From Legionellaceae bacterium (GTDB lineage Bacteria; Pseudomonadota; Gammaproteobacteria; Legionellales; Legionellaceae), in the NCBI GenBank assembly GCA_036752465.1, contig DAIOSQ010000001.1, positions 1 through 43,135 of the forward strand: DNA of 43,135 nucleotides. Reading direction: 5' to 3'. Position numbers and translations under genes: made by a program. Within the stretch, counting starts at the first letter, position 1. Every line of letters starts with the position of its first letter. Positions 39,660 to 43,135 of this stretch are shown here, one piece after another. The notes under the pieces were generated by a model. It had not been told where the DNA came from. It saw only the letters and a list, made by a program, of their open reading frames with translations, and ran no database searches.

Positions 39660-41057
39660 ATGATTCCTGTGATCGCCCTGGTCGGTCGGCCTAATGTCGG
39701 CAAGTCAACTTTATTTAACCGATTAACACGGACCCAAGATGCTTTAGTAGCAGATTATCCGGGCCTGACGCGTGACCGGCAATATGGTGATGCAGTTTTT
39801 GAAGATAAGCCTTTTATTGTCATTGATACCGGTGGTATTGGCGTAGACGATCTTGCGGTAGATGCTTTGATGTCAACGCAGTCAAAAATTGCCATCCAAG
39901 AAGCCGACATGATTTTTTTTGTGGTAGATTGTCGTTCAGGATTGCAAGCAGTCGATCAAGAGATTGCCAAAAAATTACGCAAATGGAACAAAACTATTTA
40001 TCTGATTGTCAATAAAATAGATGGTCTGGATGAGACCGTTATTCTGAGTGAATTTCAGTCCTTAGGGTTTGCTTGCTTTTTCGCTATTTCTGCCACTCAT
40101 GGCCGGGGGGTGCTGCACTTACTACATACTGTGCTTGCTCCCTATGAGATTCCAGAAGACGCGGCAGTGACTGCTGATGATGACAACCACGTCATCAAAA
40201 TTGCTTTTGCCGGCAGGCCAAATGTTGGCAAATCAACTCTAATCAATCGTATCTTAGGCGAAGAGCGAGTAGTGGTTTATGACATGCCTGGGACTACGCG
40301 GGATAGTATTGCTATTCCTTTTGCGCGTGATGGTGCAGAATATGTCCTTATTGACACAGCTGGCGTTCGTCGACGAGGTCGGGTCAAAGAGTTTATTGAG
40401 AAATTTTCAGTAGTGAAAACCTTGCAATCGATTAAAGAATCACATGTTTGTTTGCTGTTGCTGGATGCAACCGAAGGTCTCACCGAACAAGATATGCATA
40501 TTCTAGGGTTTATTATTGAATCAGGCAAAGCACTTATTGTCGTGGTTAATAAATGGGATGGTCTTGATGTCGAGCATAAAGATCATGTAAAAAACGAACT
40601 GAGCAGACGTTTGCGTTTTGCTGAGTTCGCTCAGATTCGTTTTATTTCTGCGCTGCATGGCAGCGGGGTAGGGACGCTCTTCAAAGATATACAATTGGCC
40701 TATGCCTCTGCCATGCAAAGCTTATCGACGCCCCGTCTCAATCGGTTGCTCCAGGATATAGTGGCGCAACACCCACCGCCGATGGTCAAAGGACGTCGAA
40801 TAAAACTACGGTATGCACACATGGGTGGGCATAATCCGCCTATAGTCGTGATCCATGGCAATCAATTGGACGCCTTGCCAGATAGTTACAAACGCTATTT
40901 GAGTCACGCAATGATTAAACAATTAAATTTGGTGGGTACGCCACTGAGGCTTGAATTTAAAAACAGTCAAAACCCGTTTAAAGAAAAAAGAAACACGCCG
41001 TCTCCAAGGCAAATCAGACATAAACAACGTCTAATGAAACGAGTCAAGCGCAGGTAG
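39660..41057 (+). CDS. der: Ribosome-biogenesis GTPase Der (EngA), tandem GTPase domains + KH-like domain
   Basis: Two P-loops (GRPNVGKST twice), two DTGG/DTAG motifs and two NKxD motifs (NKID, NKWD). Confidence 0.96.
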   Translation: MIPVIALVGRPNVGKSTLFNRLTRTQDALVADYPGLTRDRQYGDAVFEDKPFIVIDTGGIGVDDLAVDALMSTQSKIAIQEADMIFFVVDCRSGLQAVDQEIAKKLRKWNKTIYLIVNKIDGLDETVILSEFQSLGFACFFAISATHGRGVLHLLHTVLAPYEIPEDAAVTADDDNHVIKIAFAGRPNVGKSTLINRILGEERVVVYDMPGTTRDSIAIPFARDGAEYVLIDTAGVRRRGRVKEFIEKFSVVKTLQSIKESHVCLLLLDATEGLTEQDMHILGFIIESGKALIVVVNKWDGLDVEHKDHVKNELSRRLRFAEFAQIRFISALHGSGVGTLFKDIQLAYASAMQSLSTPRLNRLLQDIVAQHPPPMVKGRRIKLRYAHMGGHNPPIVVIHGNQLDALPDSYKRYLSHAMIKQLNLVGTPLRLEFKNSQNPFKEKRNTPSPRQIRHKQRLMKRVKRR

Positions 41058-42029
41058 TTATAAGAGGTAGATGTTGTCAAGCCAGCTGAGTAAATACTTC
41101 TGCCTATCCACCGTGGTCTGATCCATGCTTTGAATACAAAGAAATTTGATGTTTTGGTTTGTTTTGACTTGCTGCAAACGGTGGTCAATGGTGGTGGGAG
41201 AGTGGTGGCTTGCATGAATGTATATATGGGTGTTTTTGTTTGATTTGACATGCGCACGCCCGGCTTGGATGTCTAAGTGTGCCATCAAAGGTACCGGCGC
41301 TATTTGTTTACTGTCGCGGAACGGATACCGCACGTTGGCTGCAAAAATATCTGGATGGGTTGCAATAAAATCAGTATAGGTTGATTTTAACAATGGATAC
41401 GGGGTGTGTTTTAACATATAAAATTTCTTGTTGAAGCCGGCATGGCGCGCACTTTGTTCATACCAATGCCGATGAGGTTCTCGCGCCGCTAATTTTGCCA
41501 AAGCTCTGCTGGGATTGTGCAAGTTGCGCCATTTTTTTTCAGTGAACGTTTTCCAGTTACCTTGCAGAACAGGTTTTTCATCACGAAAAAAATCCTCAGG
41601 TAAGACCGCTCGGGTAAAAAAGAAATCATCATTTAAATAAATAAACTGTGGTGAGAGGCCAGGAATTCGATACAGCACCCACTCGATGGACAAACTGTTG
41701 AAAACTGGCAAGTGCTGTTCTTGGCCATAAAACAAACTGTCTTGTGTGATGATTTGCAAACGCTGCTCACCGTATTGTTTTTGCCAAATAGCCCAACGTG
41801 CCGGCACTTGGTGGTCGGTGATCAAGTATATGGTTCTTAACCAAGGTGCAAACCGCAGCAAAGATAAGACGCAATGCTCTATTTCGCCAATTTGCTGATA
41901 GCGAGTAGGCGCAATGGCACAATCACGCAGGATATTGTTAGCAAAACAAAATTCTGCAAGTTTTTTTTGATATTGTGGGTCATTCCCGTCAACCCAGGAT
42001 ATCACAGCATCGATATTATGATCGCTCAC
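41058..42029 (-). CDS. Stealth-family (CR1-CR3) sugar-1-phosphate transferase-like protein, 323 aa
   Basis: CR1 IDAVISWVDGNDP. CR2 LSLLRFAPWLRTIYLITDHQVPARW ... LPVFNSLSIEWVLYRIPGLSPQFIYLNDDFFF. CR3-like HTPYPLLKS. GTG start at 42029. Its stop codon abuts the der stop (convergent, 0-nt gap). Confidence 0.83.
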   Translation of the reverse strand: MSDHNIDAVISWVDGNDPQYQKKLAEFCFANNILRDCAIAPTRYQQIGEIEHCVLSLLRFAPWLRTIYLITDHQVPARWAIWQKQYGEQRLQIITQDSLFYGQEQHLPVFNSLSIEWVLYRIPGLSPQFIYLNDDFFFTRAVLPEDFFRDEKPVLQGNWKTFTEKKWRNLHNPSRALAKLAAREPHRHWYEQSARHAGFNKKFYMLKHTPYPLLKSTYTDFIATHPDIFAANVRYPFRDSKQIAPVPLMAHLDIQAGRAHVKSNKNTHIYIHASHHSPTTIDHRLQQVKTNQNIKFLCIQSMDQTTVDRQKYLLSWLDNIYLL

Positions 42030-42047
42030 TACGAACTAACCTGGTTA

Positions 42048-42446
42048 TTATTGAGTTTTAATCAAGGTACATTCACCAGGCCCATTAACAATCAGGGCAT
42101 AACCGTTACCACTGATTTGTGTAGGTGTTAATTCGCCAGTGTTGAGATCGAGTTGTAGATATCCCAGGTCAACTGGATTGGCTGTGTCAGTACCCATCTT
42201 GATGAGTGCGGAACATTTTGAGTTGGTCACGTGGCCATAACAGGCAATTTTAACCGAAGTCCAGGCTACTTTGTTATCGCTTTTAGGTTTGGTCGGATGT
42301 TGCGATGGAATTTTGCCGGCGATATAGGCATTTGCTTCAACGTCTGTGGTATTGTGCGTGATAAGTTGCTTCGGTGGTACTGCCCAGGCCGTAATGCAGG
42401 CGCACAGTAATGGCGAAAACAACAGCTTGCAGTTTAAAAATCGCAT
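42048..42446 (-). CDS. Small secreted protein, unknown function (132 aa)
   Basis: ATG 42446 (MRFLNCKLLFSPLLCACITAWA = signal peptide) has RBS GGGAG 5 nt upstream. The longer track ORF (to 42593) lacks these. Three Cys in the mature part. It ends 18 nt upstream of the Stealth gene on the same strand. Confidence 0.6.
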   Translation of the reverse strand: MRFLNCKLLFSPLLCACITAWAVPPKQLITHNTTDVEANAYIAGKIPSQHPTKPKSDNKVAWTSVKIACYGHVTNSKCSALIKMGTDTANPVDLGYLQLDLNTGELTPTQISGNGYALIVNGPGECTLIKTQ

Positions 42447-42546
42447 AAAAGCTCCCTCAGAGTAACCAGTAAATAATGCATCATACCATAACTTAGCGGA
42501 TTGTTCATGATATAATAATCGTCTGTTTCTGCAACCGAGAATCTGC

Positions 42547-42885
42547 ATGTTTAAGTCAATCGTTCTATTCAGTTGCATGGCATGGGCAAGCATTTGCTTG
42601 GCATGCGATGCCCTGTGTTATGAGCTCAATCCAAAAGCATTGTCTGCAGTAATTATGCAATGCCCAGATAAAGCGCCTAAAGGAGTATCCTGCAAGACCT
42701 TGGCTGCGATTGCGTCACGCATCAATAGCTTGGCCGATGAGTTGCGTGATGAACCGCAAGCATTCGGTCTAACAATTATGCAATTACAATCTGCTGCAGC
42801 TAAAGACGGTCAATCAAATAATACCCAACTAGAGCTGAAGAAACGCTTGGCAATCGTGAAGTGGTTGGAAACGCCGGAGGGTTGA
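42547..42885 (+). CDS. Small secreted Cys-containing protein, unknown function (112 aa)
   Basis: Signal peptide [20 protein letters not shown] perfect TATAAT lies in the 100-nt divergent gap upstream. The RBS is weak. The stop lies 2 nt before the surE ATG. Confidence 0.45.
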   Translation: MFKSIVLFSCMAWASICLACDALCYELNPKALSAVIMQCPDKAPKGVSCKTLAAIASRINSLADELRDEPQAFGLTIMQLQSAAAKDGQSNNTQLELKKRLAIVKWLETPEG

Positions 42886-42887
42886 GG

Positions 42888-43135
42888 ATGAACATATTGG
42901 TGAGCAACGATGATGGTGTGTATGCGCCTGGTTTACAGGTGCTGGTAGAGGCTTTATCTACGCTCGCATCGGTGGTCGTTATGGCACCGGATAGGAATCG
43001 CAGCGGCGTCAGTAATGCCTTAACCTTATCTCAGCCTGTGCGGGTCAAGCAACTGGATAATCACTATTATAGTGTTGAAGGGACTCCTACGGATTGTGTA
43101 CATTTAGCGCTGACTGGATTTCTAGATATTGAGTT
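42888..43135 (+). CDS. surE: 5'/3'-nucleotidase SurE, 5' part only (runs off the window)
   Basis: Absent from the ORF track because it is open at the edge. ATG 42888 is preceded by [21 protein letters not shown] ... [14 protein letters not shown] ... GTPTDCV is the SurE N-terminal signature. Confidence 0.9.
   Translation, partial: MNILVSNDDGVYAPGLQVLVEALSTLASVVVMAPDRNRSGVSNALTLSQPVRVKQLDNHYYSVEGTPTDCVHLALTGFLDIE

Noticed and set aside
1-43135. A scan for CRISPR repeats, IS terminal inverted repeats, transposases, integrases, phage genes, toxin-antitoxin pairs and known defence-system genes
   Set aside because: None was recognised by eye on either strand. The window reads as a core chromosome with a few lineage-specific insertions.

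Overview
This is a 43.1-kb chromosomal window from a gammaproteobacterium that looks Legionellales/Legionella-like. The lineage call rests on a Mip-type FKBP lipoprotein with the MKMK... N-terminus, flanked by truA-glnS-cysS and ampG, and is made from protein resemblance only; no search was run. I call about 44 protein-coding genes (two cut by the window edges and absent from the ORF track) and one tRNA-Met. Most are housekeeping genes in tight, often overlapping operons: lolC-lolD, a family-4 UDG, truA-glnS-cysS, mip, ampG, rdgC, hemL, prpC-prpD, ppsR, pdxJ, an ABC-F ATPase, ndk-rlmN-rodZ-hisS-yfgM-bamB-der and surE. I found no CRISPR array, IS element, integrase, prophage or recognisable defence or toxin-antitoxin module. 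The accessory content worth a second look is: (1) a pelX-like epimerase translationally coupled to a PelA-like hydrolase/deacetylase running off the left edge; (2) an EnhA-like L,D-transpeptidase with an unknown C-terminal half, divergent from three tandem paralogous 4-TM proteins (DUF4239/bestrophin-like, tentative); (3) two large orphan proteins wedged between conserved genes, which are candidate secreted effectors; (4) an isolated FlgM-like gene with a near-perfect sigma-28 promoter; (5) a lone Stealth-family phosphotransferase with two small secreted proteins between der and surE. None of these is a clearly novel multi-gene system on the evidence available. All functional calls come from motif and sequence recall and need database confirmation.
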